From Methanoregula sp. (GTDB lineage Archaea > Halobacteriota > Methanomicrobia > Methanomicrobiales > Methanospirillaceae), in contig JBDKTL010000021.1 in NCBI GenBank assembly GCA_039698055.1, forward strand, positions 66,837-130,836: DNA of 64,000 bases, in the 5' to 3' direction. The position numbers and the translations under genes are program-made. The notes under the pieces were generated by a model. That model had not been told where the DNA came from. It saw only the letters and a list, made by a program, of their open reading frames with translations, and ran no database searches. Of this stretch, positions 11,862 through 23,375 are shown piece after piece. The first letter of the stretch is position 1. Each line of letters opens with the position of its first letter.

Positions 11862-14294
11862 TTAGTTCTTTTTCTTTGCCGGAGGTATATATCCTTTGAG
11901 GAGCAGGGAGAGCGTTACAACCGTTACCGAGCTTGCAGCCATCGCCAGCGCCGCAAGCTCCGGCCTGAACGTGAACCCAAAGAACGGGTACAGCAGCCCG
12001 GCACCCACCGGGATCAGCGCCGCGTTATAGGCAAAGGCCCAGAAGATATTCCCCTTGATCCGGCCCATCACTTTTTGGGAGAGTTCGATTGCGGCGACCG
12101 CGTCCAGCAGATCGTCCCTGATAAGCACAATATCCCCGCTCTCGATTGCAACATCGGTACCGCTGCCAATCGCAATCCCGATATCTGCCTGTGCGAGTGC
12201 CGGTGCATCGTTGATCCCGTCGCCCACGAATGCAACCACCTCGCCGGTCTCCTGCAGCGCTTTGACTTCGGCAGCCTTGTCCTGCGGAAGGACTTCGGCG
12301 ATCACCGTACCGATGCCGATACTGCGGGCGATTGCATCGGCAGTGCGCCGGTTATCGCCCGTGATCATCACAACATGGATCTTTTTTGCCACGAGCATGC
12401 GGATGGCTTCTCTCGTGGTGGGCTTGAGTGTATCGGCGATGGCAATAACCCCGGACAGCTGTTTTCCGGCCGCTACAAGGATCGCAGTTTTGCCTTCCTG
12501 CTCAAAACCGGTAACCCGGGATTCGATATCGTCCGGGATGTTGATGCCGTTTTCCAAAAGGAAGGCACGGTTCCCGACCCGCACGGTCTCGCCAAGAACA
12601 ACCGCTGATACTCCTTTACCGCCAAACGTGTCAAACGCATCCGCTACGGGAACGCTGATGCCACGGGTTATTGCGTACCGGACTACTGCCTGTGCGAGCG
12701 GGTGCTGGGAACTTTTTTCAACCGCTGACGTAAATCCAAGGAACGTCTCTTCGGAAATCCCGACCGGCACAACGTCCGTCACTTCCGGTTTTCCCCGGGT
12801 GAGGGTCCCGGTCTTGTCAAAGACAAACGTGCTCACGTTTTCAGCGACCTGGAGCGCCTCGCCGTTTTTAATCAGGATACCCAGTTCCGCTCCCCGCCCG
12901 ACACCGACGGTTACCGCTGTCGGTGTTGCAAGCCCGAGCGCACAGGGGCAGGCAACCACGAGCACCGAGATGAGCGCCGTGAGCGCAAAGAGAAGGGTCG
13001 AGCCCAGCACAAAGAACCAGAGAATAAATGCGGATGCAGCGATCAGGAGAACTACCGGAATAAAGTACGTCACGGCGATATCTGCGATCCGCTGAACCGG
13101 GGGTTTTGACCCCTGCGCATCCTCCACGAGCTGGATGATCTGGGCCAGCACCGTTTCCCTGCCGACTTTCTGCGCCTTCACCGAGAGGACACTGTTGGTA
13201 TTCAGCGTCCCGCCGACAACCCGGCTCCCTTTGGTTTTCAGCGGCGGGACCGGTTCGCCCGTAATCATCGATTCATCGACATAACTCTCACCCGCGACCA
13301 CTTCGCCGTCAACCGGGACTTTGGCGCCGGGTTTCACGACAACGATATCGTCGACAACCACATCCTCGATGGGTATCTCGACTTCCTTTCCCTCCCGGAT
13401 CAGGGTTGCCGTCTTTGCCCGGAGCCCGGCGAGCTTTTTAATCGCGTCAGATGTCCGGCCCTTTGCCCCCGCCTCAAGGTACCGCCCCAGCATCAGAAAC
13501 GCCGCGAGCATGATCGCGGTATCGTAGAACATGAACTCGTGGGTGAGGATAATCCCGAATGTCCCCATCACGCTCGATACGAACGCGACGCCGGTTCCCA
13601 TCGCGTACATCACGTCCATGTTGAGCGAGCGGTTGCGCAGCGCCATCCATGCGGCGCGGAAGATCGGGTATGCGACGTAGGCAAAGACCGGTGTGGCGAT
13701 GACAAACATGACATAGCCCAGCACCTGCATCGATATGCCAAGCGGCACCCACATCGCCACCATGAGCGGGATGCTGACGGCAAACCCAATCGAGAACCGC
13801 AGGAATTTGTCGTGCAGGTCTTTGTCCCGTGCCTTCTTCTCCGCCTCTTCGCTCACTTCCCCGGAAATGCCGAGATACTGGTAGCCCGCATCCTCGATCG
13901 CTTTTTTTATGTCATCGATCCCGGAGATCGACGGGTTGAAGGTAATATAGGCTTTTTCAGTGCCAAGGTTGACAACCGCAGCAACGACACCGGGAAGGGC
14001 CCGCAGTGCCGCCTCGATCGTCTGGACACAGGTGGCACACATCATGCCGCCGACCTTGACCGTCACCTCCCGGTTGATCACGTCATACCCGGCGTCTTTT
14101 ACCGCCTTTTCGAGTTCCACAAGGGTGACTTTTGACGGGTCAAACTCCACGTGGGCGGTGTCCGTGCCAAAGTTCACGGACGCGTTTTTGACATTGTTGA
14201 GTTTTGCAAGCGATTCCTCGATATTGACCGCACAGGTGGCGCAGTGCATCCCTGAAATTTTCAGTTCTGCTTTTTTCTTCTCTGTATCGGGCAT
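11862..14294 (-). CDS. copA: Cu(I)-translocating P1B-type ATPase
   Basis: Two GMxCATC HMA domains, [24 protein letters not shown] and MAASS. Confidence 0.95.
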   Translation of the reverse strand: MPDTEKKKAELKISGMHCATCAVNIEESLAKLNNVKNASVNFGTDTAHVEFDPSKVTLVELEKAVKDAGYDVINREVTVKVGGMMCATCVQTIEAALRALPGVVAAVVNLGTEKAYITFNPSISGIDDIKKAIEDAGYQYLGISGEVSEEAEKKARDKDLHDKFLRFSIGFAVSIPLMVAMWVPLGISMQVLGYVMFVIATPVFAYVAYPIFRAAWMALRNRSLNMDVMYAMGTGVAFVSSVMGTFGIILTHEFMFYDTAIMLAAFLMLGRYLEAGAKGRTSDAIKKLAGLRAKTATLIREGKEVEIPIEDVVVDDIVVVKPGAKVPVDGEVVAGESYVDESMITGEPVPPLKTKGSRVVGGTLNTNSVLSVKAQKVGRETVLAQIIQLVEDAQGSKPPVQRIADIAVTYFIPVVLLIAASAFILWFFVLGSTLLFALTALISVLVVACPCALGLATPTAVTVGVGRGAELGILIKNGEALQVAENVSTFVFDKTGTLTRGKPEVTDVVPVGISEETFLGFTSAVEKSSQHPLAQAVVRYAITRGISVPVADAFDTFGGKGVSAVVLGETVRVGNRAFLLENGINIPDDIESRVTGFEQEGKTAILVAAGKQLSGVIAIADTLKPTTREAIRMLVAKKIHVVMITGDNRRTADAIARSIGIGTVIAEVLPQDKAAEVKALQETGEVVAFVGDGINDAPALAQADIGIAIGSGTDVAIESGDIVLIRDDLLDAVAAIELSQKVMGRIKGNIFWAFAYNAALIPVGAGLLYPFFGFTFRPELAALAMAASSVTVVTLSLLLKGYIPPAKKKN

Positions 14295-14541
14295 AAGATC
14301 CTCCGGGTATGAATACCTGTCAGTGTCGTATCTCCTGCTGTTCCTTTATATTCCTTGGTAATGAGGAAAGGTAAAATTCCGGTATACAAATGGCTACTGC
14401 ACTAGTACTGGGCGCGGGATGTAACTGACGCGATTGAACGAAGTGCTGATAATGTACCAGGACGTAAAGGACCTGAACTGACGTGCCGTAATGGTGATTT
14501 CTCAATTGTTTTTACCGGAAATACCGGACTAAAAAAAAGAT

Positions 14542-15792
14542 CTATGAAGGCGCGACCTCTTTTCCAAATGCCCAGAACAATTTATGGTGGATCCTGGCAA
14601 ACGCATCCTGTTCCAGCAGGAAAACCATCACCGAGCAGACAAGGATACTGAAAAAGATCACGATATACGTGATGTCCTGGATTGCCTGCCCGTTGGCGAT
14701 GCCTGCCTCAAGAGGGATCGAAGCAAGGACTGCAGCGGCAAGCCCTTTTGGTTCCATGACCGCGATGATGCTTGCGTCCGCCACCGGGATACTCCGTGGG
14801 ATCGTCAGCCAGACAATCACGATCCGGGCAAGGTAGAAGAGGATGGTAAGTGCGGCCCCGTAATAGATAACATCCATATTCCTGAAGTGGATTGAGATGC
14901 CGATATAGATAAAAAAGAATGTCTTCAGGAGGGTGACGAGCTGGGCAAAAAATTCCGTTTCGATCGGTGAAAGTTCAACCTGCGTGATGTTGTTTCCCAG
15001 GAACGGAAGGATCTTCTCTGCTTTGAAATAGTACAGGTTTCCAAGGGTCAGGCCAAGGGCAAGGGCCGCAATCGCTCCGGAGAATCCGAGCAGGCTGACA
15101 AACCCAAACACGATGAAGACAAATGCCGGTGTGATAAAAATGCTCTTGATGGTTACGATTTTGTGGTAGACCGACGACCACCAGATGCCGGCAGCCACAC
15201 CGATAACAATCGCAATAAGGAATGAGGCCATGACATTGCCAATCACGTGGCCGATATTGAACTCCTGGACAGTTACGATGTTAATCAGCGCGAGCAGGGC
15301 GACAATGCAGATCACATCACTGAGCGCGGATTCGAGAGCGAGGATTGCCTTGGTATCATTTTTAATAGAGAGGTAATTGGTAAACGGGATAACCACAGCA
15401 GACGAGGTGCCCCCGAGGATCACCCCCAGCATGCAGGATTCGATCAGGGAAAATCCCGCAAAAAACATCATGACGCCAATACAGATGAGAGTAAGGATAA
15501 TGAAGTTGGCACCGGTGATGGCAGTTGTTCCCGTGATAGATTTTTTTAAGGTTTCAATCGTGATATGCAGGCCGCCTTCAAAGAGGATGATGGCAAGCGT
15601 GACCATGGAAAAGAGCGGGCCGACAACACCGAATGCTGACGGGGAAACAAAATTAAGAAGGGGGCCAATCACAATCCCGATGGAGATGAGGAAGAGCACG
15701 TCGGGGATCTTGGTAAGGGTAAAAATCCGGGAGAGTATGTTTCCAAGAAAGATAAGAAGTCCCAGGAAAAGAACCGTTACCGCTGCATCCAT
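14542..15792 (-). CDS. Cation:proton antiporter (NhaP-like)
   Basis: ILFEGG, GTSSAVV, LESALSD, PKGLAAAVLA; about 12 TM helices. Confidence 0.85.
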   Translation of the reverse strand: MDAAVTVLFLGLLIFLGNILSRIFTLTKIPDVLFLISIGIVIGPLLNFVSPSAFGVVGPLFSMVTLAIILFEGGLHITIETLKKSITGTTAITGANFIILTLICIGVMMFFAGFSLIESCMLGVILGGTSSAVVIPFTNYLSIKNDTKAILALESALSDVICIVALLALINIVTVQEFNIGHVIGNVMASFLIAIVIGVAAGIWWSSVYHKIVTIKSIFITPAFVFIVFGFVSLLGFSGAIAALALGLTLGNLYYFKAEKILPFLGNNITQVELSPIETEFFAQLVTLLKTFFFIYIGISIHFRNMDVIYYGAALTILFYLARIVIVWLTIPRSIPVADASIIAVMEPKGLAAAVLASIPLEAGIANGQAIQDITYIVIFFSILVCSVMVFLLEQDAFARIHHKLFWAFGKEVAPS

Positions 15793-16216
15793 TACTACTT
15801 GGTTGATTTGATGCCAAAATATATGTTTTGAATCCGGGGTAAAAATTAGCGACGTGGGTGCTCTTTTTTGCTGGTTTAAGAGTTAAGACGGGAAGATCTC
15901 AATTAAAAACCTGGGAGTGCACATCGTTGCCCGATGCCTTTTCCAAAATAAAACAAGATAGTTAAATTTCCCGTAGTTTCCTTTAAATGACACGATTTTG
16001 AAAAAAAATCAGTACGTGCGGGTATCCGGATCCAGGGAGATGTTTTTTTTGTCCGGTTTTGTGGGTTGGACGGCGAGGTTACGTTGTTCATGAGAGTTTT
16101 TTTTATAGACATCACCGTTTCATGCGCTCCATTCGCAGGAAACCGGATCATCAGGGAACGATCTTTTTAAAAAAAACCCAAAAGGTTTACTCATCCAAAG
16201 GAGCAGTGTAAAGGTA

Positions 16217-18031
16217 ATGGGCGAAACTCCCGGTTCCTCATCAAAGATTGTCAGGTCCCTCGGGCTCGTGTTCGGGGATATCGGTACAAGCCCCATCTAC
16301 ACCGTCGGCGCCATCCTTCTCTTCCTGCTGCCAACCACAGCCAACATTTTCGGGCTTCTTTCCCTCATCACCTGGACACTGTTTATCGTCATCACAGCCC
16401 AGTACATCTGGCTCGCGATGTCGCTTTCCGACAAAGGTGAAGGGGGAACAATTGTGCTCAGGACCATTCTTGACACGCTCCTGAAACCCGGGGTTGTAGC
16501 TTCAGCAGTATCGGTCCTCACGATTGTCGGGATTGCCCTTTTTATCAGCGATGGCGTCATCACCCCGGCAATCAGTATTCTCTCGGCAGTTGAAGGCATC
16601 CTGCTGATCCCGGGGTTCGAAGAGACAAGCGGGCTCTTAATCCTGCTCGTGGCGGCCCTCATCGCCATCGGCCTCTTTTTCTTCCAGCGCCGGGGAAGCG
16701 GGCGCGTGGCATGGGCATTTGGCCCGGTCATGGTGATATGGTTTGGTGCCCTTGCTATCACCGGCGTGATCTCCATCATCGGCGCCCCGCAGGTGCTCTT
16801 CGCGCTGAGCCCAACCTATGCCCTCCATTTCCTTCTCCAAAACGGCTGGGAATCGCTGATCGTGATGTCGGCAGTTATTCTCTGCGTCACCGGGGGCGAG
16901 GCACTCTATGCCGACATGGGGCATCTGGGCAGGGAACCTATTGTCAAAGGGTGGATCGTCGTCTTCCCTGCCCTGTTGCTCAGCTACCTCGGGCAGGGTG
17001 CTTTCGTCCTCCAGACCGGCAGCACCCACAATGTCCTCTTTTCAATGATCCATCACATCAGCCCACTCCTCTATGTCCCCTTCCTCATCCTGAGCATCGG
17101 TGCAACAGTCATCGCTTCGCAGGCAATGATCTCCGGGATGTTTTCTATCGTGTACCAAGGTATGACCACCCGGATCTTCCCCAAGATGAAGATCGAATAC
17201 ACCTCTCCTGAACTCCGGTCCCAGATCTATATCGATGCGGTCAACTGGATGCTGCTCCTTGCGGTACTGGTGGTCATGTTTGAATTCAGGTCATCGGAAA
17301 ATCTTGCCGCAGCCTACGGTCTTGCCGTCTCGGGCTCGATGATGATCTCTGCTATCATGATGGCACTCATCTTCCTTATGAGGGGGTCCCCGGTCAAGAT
17401 GTGCTGCGCCGGTGCCCTCATCGTGATCGACTTTTTCTTCTTCATCGCGACATTGATGAAGATCCCGCATGGCGCGTACTTCTCGTTTATCCTCGCCGCG
17501 ATTCTCATCATTATTATCGCCACATTTATTCTCGGGCAGGACAAGCTCCACGCGATGCTCAAACCCCTCCCGCTGGACGAGTTCCTCCCACGGTATACGG
17601 AATCTTATACGAATGCGCCCAGGATCCGGGGGACTGCACTCTACTTCATCAGCGATGTCAGGAACCTGTCCCCGTATCTCAACCAGATCTTCTTCCAGAA
17701 CGAGATTATCTACGAGAATAACGTGCTTGTCAGTATACAGATCACCGACAAACCCTTTGGTGTGCACACCGAATTCGATACCAACATCGGCCCCGGCCTG
17801 CAGCTCTTCACCATCACTGCCGGGTATATGGAAGTGATCGATGTGTGTGCATTGCTGCTGGAGCGGGGCATTGACGAGAAGACCATCTTCTACGGGATTG
17901 AAAATATCGTCAGCGACAAATTTTTCTGGAAACTCTACGGTATCATGAAAAAAATATCCCCTCCATTTGTCCAGTTCTACACCCTGCCTCCGGAGAAAAT
18001 GCACGGTGTGGTAACAAGGGTTATTATGTGA
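16217..18031 (+). CDS. kup: KUP/HAK/KT potassium transporter
   Basis: VFGDIGTSPIY, GEGG, DGVITPAISILSAVEG, TGGEALYADMGH, LAAAYG. Confidence 0.95.
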   Translation: MGETPGSSSKIVRSLGLVFGDIGTSPIYTVGAILLFLLPTTANIFGLLSLITWTLFIVITAQYIWLAMSLSDKGEGGTIVLRTILDTLLKPGVVASAVSVLTIVGIALFISDGVITPAISILSAVEGILLIPGFEETSGLLILLVAALIAIGLFFFQRRGSGRVAWAFGPVMVIWFGALAITGVISIIGAPQVLFALSPTYALHFLLQNGWESLIVMSAVILCVTGGEALYADMGHLGREPIVKGWIVVFPALLLSYLGQGAFVLQTGSTHNVLFSMIHHISPLLYVPFLILSIGATVIASQAMISGMFSIVYQGMTTRIFPKMKIEYTSPELRSQIYIDAVNWMLLLAVLVVMFEFRSSENLAAAYGLAVSGSMMISAIMMALIFLMRGSPVKMCCAGALIVIDFFFFIATLMKIPHGAYFSFILAAILIIIIATFILGQDKLHAMLKPLPLDEFLPRYTESYTNAPRIRGTALYFISDVRNLSPYLNQIFFQNEIIYENNVLVSIQITDKPFGVHTEFDTNIGPGLQLFTITAGYMEVIDVCALLLERGIDEKTIFYGIENIVSDKFFWKLYGIMKKISPPFVQFYTLPPEKMHGVVTRVIM

Positions 18032-18114
18032 ACCCGTCCTTGATATCGCTTCATGGCATCCTTTTTTACCGTTGGGCAAAACCCCAGAAACAACCGGTTT
18101 TTCATCCGCCTTTT

Positions 18115-20550
18115 TTATGAATACGGGTGAATTTTCCGGAACAGCCTGACCTTGATCTGGTCGCTTATCAGGAAAGACGCCAGAGCATATCCCCAGACAA
18201 TAAGCGCAAGCGACCACCCGATGGGGGTGATGATAAAAAATCCATAGATCGCGATGAGAGTCGCGCCCACCTGCGTAAGTTCTGCGGTGCCAAAAAGTGC
18301 GAGCGAGGGGAACGGTCGCTCCCAGAAGTGCTGCTGGCCGGTGCGGGCAAGGTAAATTGTCATGTGACCTGCAACAGCAAGTTTGAGGAAGATGAGCGTC
18401 TGGATAACACCGGTATCAAGGTGGAAATATTCTCGTGCGATCCAGAGAAGGATGAAGCTTGAGATTACGCCCAGAATACCAAGGACAGATGCAAGCGTCA
18501 GGATGCGTTTCATCTGCCAGCGCACAGGCGTTCCTGCAACCGGGGCGTTGTCAAATGCGATTGTCATGATGGGGAGGTCGTTGAGGATCGCCAGCATGAC
18601 GATCATGAATGCAGTAACCGGGTAAAAATTCAGCAGCACGATACAGAGGGTCAGGAAGATAAGGACCCTGACAGTTTCGGCGACACGGTATACAGCATAA
18701 TTTTCCATCCGCCGGAATATTTCCCGGCTCCTCTCGATTGCATCGATGATGACCGAGAGCCCGGGTTTTGTCAGGACAATGTCTGCGGCAGATTTTGCTG
18801 CGTCGGTCGCACCGGCGACCGCAATGCCGGTATCTGCCTCCCGGAGTGCCGGGGCATCGTTCACGCCATCCCCGGTCATGCCGACAATATGGTTGCCGGC
18901 CTGCAGGGTCTTTACGATATTGAACTTGTCTTCAGGAAGAACCTGGGCAAATCCATCGGCAGACTCGAGCTGTTTTCGGGTATCGTCTCCACCTCCTGCG
19001 ATCAATGCTGTCCGTGGAACGATGTTCTGGCCAAGGCCAACATTCCGTGAGACCTCTTTGGCAATGGCAATGTGATCCCCCGTCATCATTTTCACGTCCA
19101 CGCCAAGGTTTTTTGCTTTATTTATCGTGGCCGCGGAATCCTTTCGGGGTGGATCGAACAGCCCAATCAGGCCAAGATACTGCCAGGTTCCGGTACTGTC
19201 GGTCCGGGCTACGCCAAGAGCGCGGAACCCTTTCTCCGCAAACCCTGTCACCCAGCCGTCAAGCGCAGAGACCCCCGCAGCAGAACCCCAAACGAGTGCG
19301 GCGATTGCCTGGGGTGCGCCTTTGGCCACTTTTACGGTCACTCCACCGGTATTTCTGGCGTCAGCCTTTGAATACTTCGAGACCGGGTCAAACGGCACAA
19401 AATCGGTGACCTCGTAATCCATGGCACCGGGTTTCCCCGGGCTGGTGGCGGATATTTCCTGTTCGATGATTGCCTTATCGATGGGATCATTGCTCTCTTT
19501 TTTCGAGGCCAGTGCCGCCGCTATGAGAATATCCTGTTCTGAAACGCCGGGAAAAGTTTTGATCTCCCCGATACTGATGGAATTCTGCGTTATTGTCCCG
19601 GTCTTATCGGCACAGAGGATATCCATCCCGGCCAACTCTTCTATGGCAGTGAGCCGGCTGACAATCGCCTCCTTTTTTGCAAGGGCCGTGGCACCGACAA
19701 CAAGGGTCACGGTCATGACTGCGGGAAGCGCTGCGGGAATGGCTGCTACGACAAGGATGAGGGCAAACTGGAGGGTCTCCAGAAGGGATGCGGACCGTAT
19801 GAGTGCCACAACAATAACAACGCTGACCAGCGCTATGGCAAGGATAATGAGATAGTTGCCGATCCGCTCGACAGCCGCCTTAAAATGGCTTCGCGGGGAT
19901 TTTACCTGGACGAGCCGGGCGGTCTTGCCAAAGAAGGTGTTTCCCCCGGTTGTCGTGACCTTTGCATCCATCTCGCCCTGCCGGGCGATGGACCCCGAAT
20001 ATACCGTATCGCCCGGTTTCTTCTCGACCGGAAGGGATTCGCCGGTCAGTGCTGATTCATCAAGAAGGAGGTATTTCCCAAAGCCCAGTACTGCATCTGC
20101 CGGCACGATATCTCCCAGACGGATATGGACGATGTCCCCGGGAACAAGTTCGCGGGAAGGGATCTCCTGCCATTTCCCATCCCGGAGCACGCGGGCATTG
20201 GGCGCGAGCTGCTTTTTTAAGAGTTCGATGGCGTTCTCCGCTTTTCGCTCCTGGAAAAAACCGACAACGGCGTTCACGATGAGCAGAAGGAGGATAATGG
20301 CAAAATCGTCCCAGTGGGAAATAACTGCTGACAGGATTGCAGCAATCTCGATCATCCACGGGATCGGGCCCCAGAAGTAGGAAAGGAATTTGAGCAGCGG
20401 GTGTTTCTTTTCCTTGAGGATATCGTTGAAGCCGAACTGGTTCCGGAGATCCGTCACCTCACCAGTTGTCAGGCCGGTCATGGACTCCTGAGAACCTCCA
20501 GGCGATTTGGCTGCCGTGTCCTGCGGTAGCACATCATCTGACATAGACAA
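18115..20550 (-). CDS. Plasma-membrane proton-efflux P-type ATPase (P3A)
   Basis: FWGPIPWMIE, TGESLP, IPAALPAV, DKTGT, KGAP, TGDGVNDAP, ILND. Confidence 0.92.
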   Translation of the reverse strand: MSMSDDVLPQDTAAKSPGGSQESMTGLTTGEVTDLRNQFGFNDILKEKKHPLLKFLSYFWGPIPWMIEIAAILSAVISHWDDFAIILLLLIVNAVVGFFQERKAENAIELLKKQLAPNARVLRDGKWQEIPSRELVPGDIVHIRLGDIVPADAVLGFGKYLLLDESALTGESLPVEKKPGDTVYSGSIARQGEMDAKVTTTGGNTFFGKTARLVQVKSPRSHFKAAVERIGNYLIILAIALVSVVIVVALIRSASLLETLQFALILVVAAIPAALPAVMTVTLVVGATALAKKEAIVSRLTAIEELAGMDILCADKTGTITQNSISIGEIKTFPGVSEQDILIAAALASKKESNDPIDKAIIEQEISATSPGKPGAMDYEVTDFVPFDPVSKYSKADARNTGGVTVKVAKGAPQAIAALVWGSAAGVSALDGWVTGFAEKGFRALGVARTDSTGTWQYLGLIGLFDPPRKDSAATINKAKNLGVDVKMMTGDHIAIAKEVSRNVGLGQNIVPRTALIAGGGDDTRKQLESADGFAQVLPEDKFNIVKTLQAGNHIVGMTGDGVNDAPALREADTGIAVAGATDAAKSAADIVLTKPGLSVIIDAIERSREIFRRMENYAVYRVAETVRVLIFLTLCIVLLNFYPVTAFMIVMLAILNDLPIMTIAFDNAPVAGTPVRWQMKRILTLASVLGILGVISSFILLWIAREYFHLDTGVIQTLIFLKLAVAGHMTIYLARTGQQHFWERPFPSLALFGTAELTQVGATLIAIYGFFIITPIGWSLALIVWGYALASFLISDQIKVRLFRKIHPYS

Positions 20551-21013
20551 TGATCTCCTGCTCTTATCGGATATAAAAGCGGTTGATAGGCTGGAACGGG
20601 GCCGGTATCAACCGCTACGGGTTTGATTTTAAAATATTTCAGGAATGCAGGGATGTATTTTTCCACTTCTTTTTATTTTGAAATGCCCGACCATTTAATC
20701 ATCTGAATCGGCTATTGAGCAAATTATCGTAACAATCAGTCAGGTTTGGCAGGCCAGGGTTTTGGCCTGGGACATTCATCATAACGACAATGGTTTCATC
20801 CACATCAAAATTGGTTTTCCATTGGTTGGAGATAAAAATACCATCCTCTGTTTTAACAACATAAAAAAAGATTTTTCTCACATCCCAAAATTTGCAACAA
20901 CAACCAAAATTTATTTACCCTCCCACTCCACGAAAGCCTGTTTTAATAGGGAATTTTTTTTTAATCAAACCAAGGAACAGAGAATACAGGATTTTTTGTA
21001 GTAAGGAGTGTTT

Positions 21014-22465
21014 ATGACCGAAAATAATGTGGCAAAAACAAAAAAAATCACGGGAACAAAAAAACCCGTCAGTTTAAAGATACTGGGCGTCTTTGCCCTT
21101 GCGATGATCAACGTCGCCGCAGTGCTGAGCATCAGGAATTTTCCCTCGATGGCTGAGTTCGGGTGGTCGAGCATAGGATGGTATCTTGTCGGGACCATCC
21201 TGTTCCTTATCCCGATCTCCCTCGCCGGTGCCGAGCTTGCCACCGGGTGGCCTGAAGGGGGAGGTGTCTATGCATGGGTCAAGCAGGCGTTCGGGGAAAA
21301 AGGAGGGTTTATCGCAATCTTCTGCGACTGGTCCAACAACCTTGTCTGGTTTCCCACCGTGCTCGCCTTCATCGCCTCGACCCTTGCTTTCGTTATCACG
21401 CCGGATCTCGCGAATAACCCGGTCTACATGCTCAGCGTGATGATGATCGTGTTCTGGGGCACCACCTCAATCGCCTACTTTGGACCCGACGTAACCGCAA
21501 AATTTTCCAATGTTGGCGTGATCCTCGGAAGTATCGTCCCGATCGGCATCATCATCATTTTCGGGACCTGGGGGGTAATTACCGGGGCTGCAACAGCACT
21601 TCCCGCTTTTTCGGCGGGTGCAATAATCCCTGTCATTAACTTTGCAACATTGTCATTTTTTGCAACCATCATTCTCATGTTTGCCGGGATGGAAATGGCC
21701 GGGTTCCATGCGCTTGAGACCAAAAATCCCCAGAAGGACTATCCAAAGGCAATCGCAATCTCGGCACTTATCATTTTTATCTGCTCGGTTCTGGGGACAC
21801 TTGCCATCGCGTTTGTGATCCCGACCGCCAAGCTCGGTCTTGCATCCGGGGTCATGCAGGCTATCCAGTACTTCTTTGTGACGGTAAATCTCCCGTGGCT
21901 CGTTGCGCCGATGGCAGTACTGGTAACGATTGGCGGGGTGATCCTTCTCGCTGCCTGGCTTATCGGCCCGGCAAAAGGTCTCGGTGTTGTGGCACTTGAC
22001 GGGAATATGCCCCCGATGTTCAACCGGCACAACAAGTATGGATCGCCCGTTGGGATTCTTGTCACCCAGGCGCTCATCGGTTCTGCAATCTCGCTCCTGT
22101 ACGTCATTTTGCCCTCGGTCAACCAGGCATACTGGATCATGTCGGCCATGACCGTCGAACTGCTCTGTATCATGTACGTGCTGGTCTTTGCCGCCCTGAT
22201 CAAGCTCCGGTACAGCAAGCCAAATCAGCCACGGCCGTTTAAGATTCCCGGCGGAATGGCAGGGATCTGGATTGTCGGTGGTCTTGGAGGAATCGGCGTT
22301 ATATTCGCATTTATCGTCGGCCTGATCCCCCCGGCGATTTTCCCGAATGCCCCTCTCTATGTCGGATCGGTGCTGCTCGGGACATTCCTGCTTGCGGTAC
22401 CACCGCTTGTCTTTATGAAATTCAAAAAACCGTCATGGGCCATAGCAGAGGACCAGGAAAATTAA
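21014..22465 (+). CDS. APC family amino acid permease, GadC-like
   Basis: MINVAAVLSIRNFP, ELATGWPEGGGVYAWV, FAGME, RPFKIPGG. Confidence 0.85.
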   Translation: MTENNVAKTKKITGTKKPVSLKILGVFALAMINVAAVLSIRNFPSMAEFGWSSIGWYLVGTILFLIPISLAGAELATGWPEGGGVYAWVKQAFGEKGGFIAIFCDWSNNLVWFPTVLAFIASTLAFVITPDLANNPVYMLSVMMIVFWGTTSIAYFGPDVTAKFSNVGVILGSIVPIGIIIIFGTWGVITGAATALPAFSAGAIIPVINFATLSFFATIILMFAGMEMAGFHALETKNPQKDYPKAIAISALIIFICSVLGTLAIAFVIPTAKLGLASGVMQAIQYFFVTVNLPWLVAPMAVLVTIGGVILLAAWLIGPAKGLGVVALDGNMPPMFNRHNKYGSPVGILVTQALIGSAISLLYVILPSVNQAYWIMSAMTVELLCIMYVLVFAALIKLRYSKPNQPRPFKIPGGMAGIWIVGGLGGIGVIFAFIVGLIPPAIFPNAPLYVGSVLLGTFLLAVPPLVFMKFKKPSWAIAEDQEN

Positions 22466-22658
22466 CTAAAAATCGTGGAAAAACAGCCGCCCGGTCCGGG
22501 ACCCGGGCACTGTTTTCTCTCATGTGCTCAAGAATTGCGGTAGACTTTTTTTAGGTCGGAACAACAATTAAAACGCCTCGCAATTGAGCTTTTTTTATCA
22601 GGATATGAAGGATTGGCCGGACAGTAGTGCGGGACTATTTAAAAAAAATCAGATTGCA

Positions 22659-23375
22659 TCAGAGAAGTTTTTTATACCGGTGCCGGTAGAATTCCCCGGC
22701 ATGGTACACCATCACGCTGACTTCTTTTCCCCGGGAAAAATTTTGCATCTGGCATTCATGCGTGGCCGGGTCATGCCGGAGATCGTGCACGGTGAAGTAT
22801 TCATGCAGTGTTTCAAGAAATGAAATCTGCTGGGCGAGGAATGCGTTTTCATATTCCTTGACCTTCTGGGCGAGCGCGGTGCAGTCTTCAGGGGACAGGG
22901 CCTGGTCAGATCGCCCGTGCTTGTTTTTCCGGGCGAACTTCAGCCATGTGGCTTCTCCCGTCACATCGACACTGCGGCGGAGCATGTGGGGATAGATACG
23001 GCATCCGGAAAATCTCCGGTCGTAGATACGGCACCGGCCTTCATCAAGGAACCAGCAGGACCCGCCGGTACGATCGTTCATCCGGAGTGCATACCCGGAA
23101 ACATACAGCATGCCGTTCTGGTCGCAGAACTCAGGGTCCGGCGCGGGTTCGTACGCCGCAGGATCGATCTTTTTTACTTCGTTTACATCATGCTCAAGGA
23201 GAAAGATATGGGGGTTGACTGCCCGTTTACAGCACGCCCCGCAGCAGTCACACCCAAACCCCGTGGCCCGGATCTCCATTGCCAGGTGTTCAAGCGGGTA
23301 GGCAAAGAGGCGGTTTTGCTCCTGCATCATGGCGATGATGCGAAAGGGAATAGGAACATCCTGGGAAGTGGCCAT
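22659..23375 (-). CDS. YkgJ family cysteine cluster protein
   Basis: CDCCGACC, CWFL...CRIY...CRIYP; TGATG overlap with the upstream gene. Confidence 0.8.
   Translation of the reverse strand: MATSQDVPIPFRIIAMMQEQNRLFAYPLEHLAMEIRATGFGCDCCGACCKRAVNPHIFLLEHDVNEVKKIDPAAYEPAPDPEFCDQNGMLYVSGYALRMNDRTGGSCWFLDEGRCRIYDRRFSGCRIYPHMLRRSVDVTGEATWLKFARKNKHGRSDQALSPEDCTALAQKVKEYENAFLAQQISFLETLHEYFTVHDLRHDPATHECQMQNFSRGKEVSVMVYHAGEFYRHRYKKLL

Noticed and set aside
12055-13095. Long antisense ORFs (also 5087-5788, 34103-35113, 39537-40523, 48923-49750, 54191-55180)
   Set aside because: Shadows of well-supported genes on the opposite strand, with no motifs
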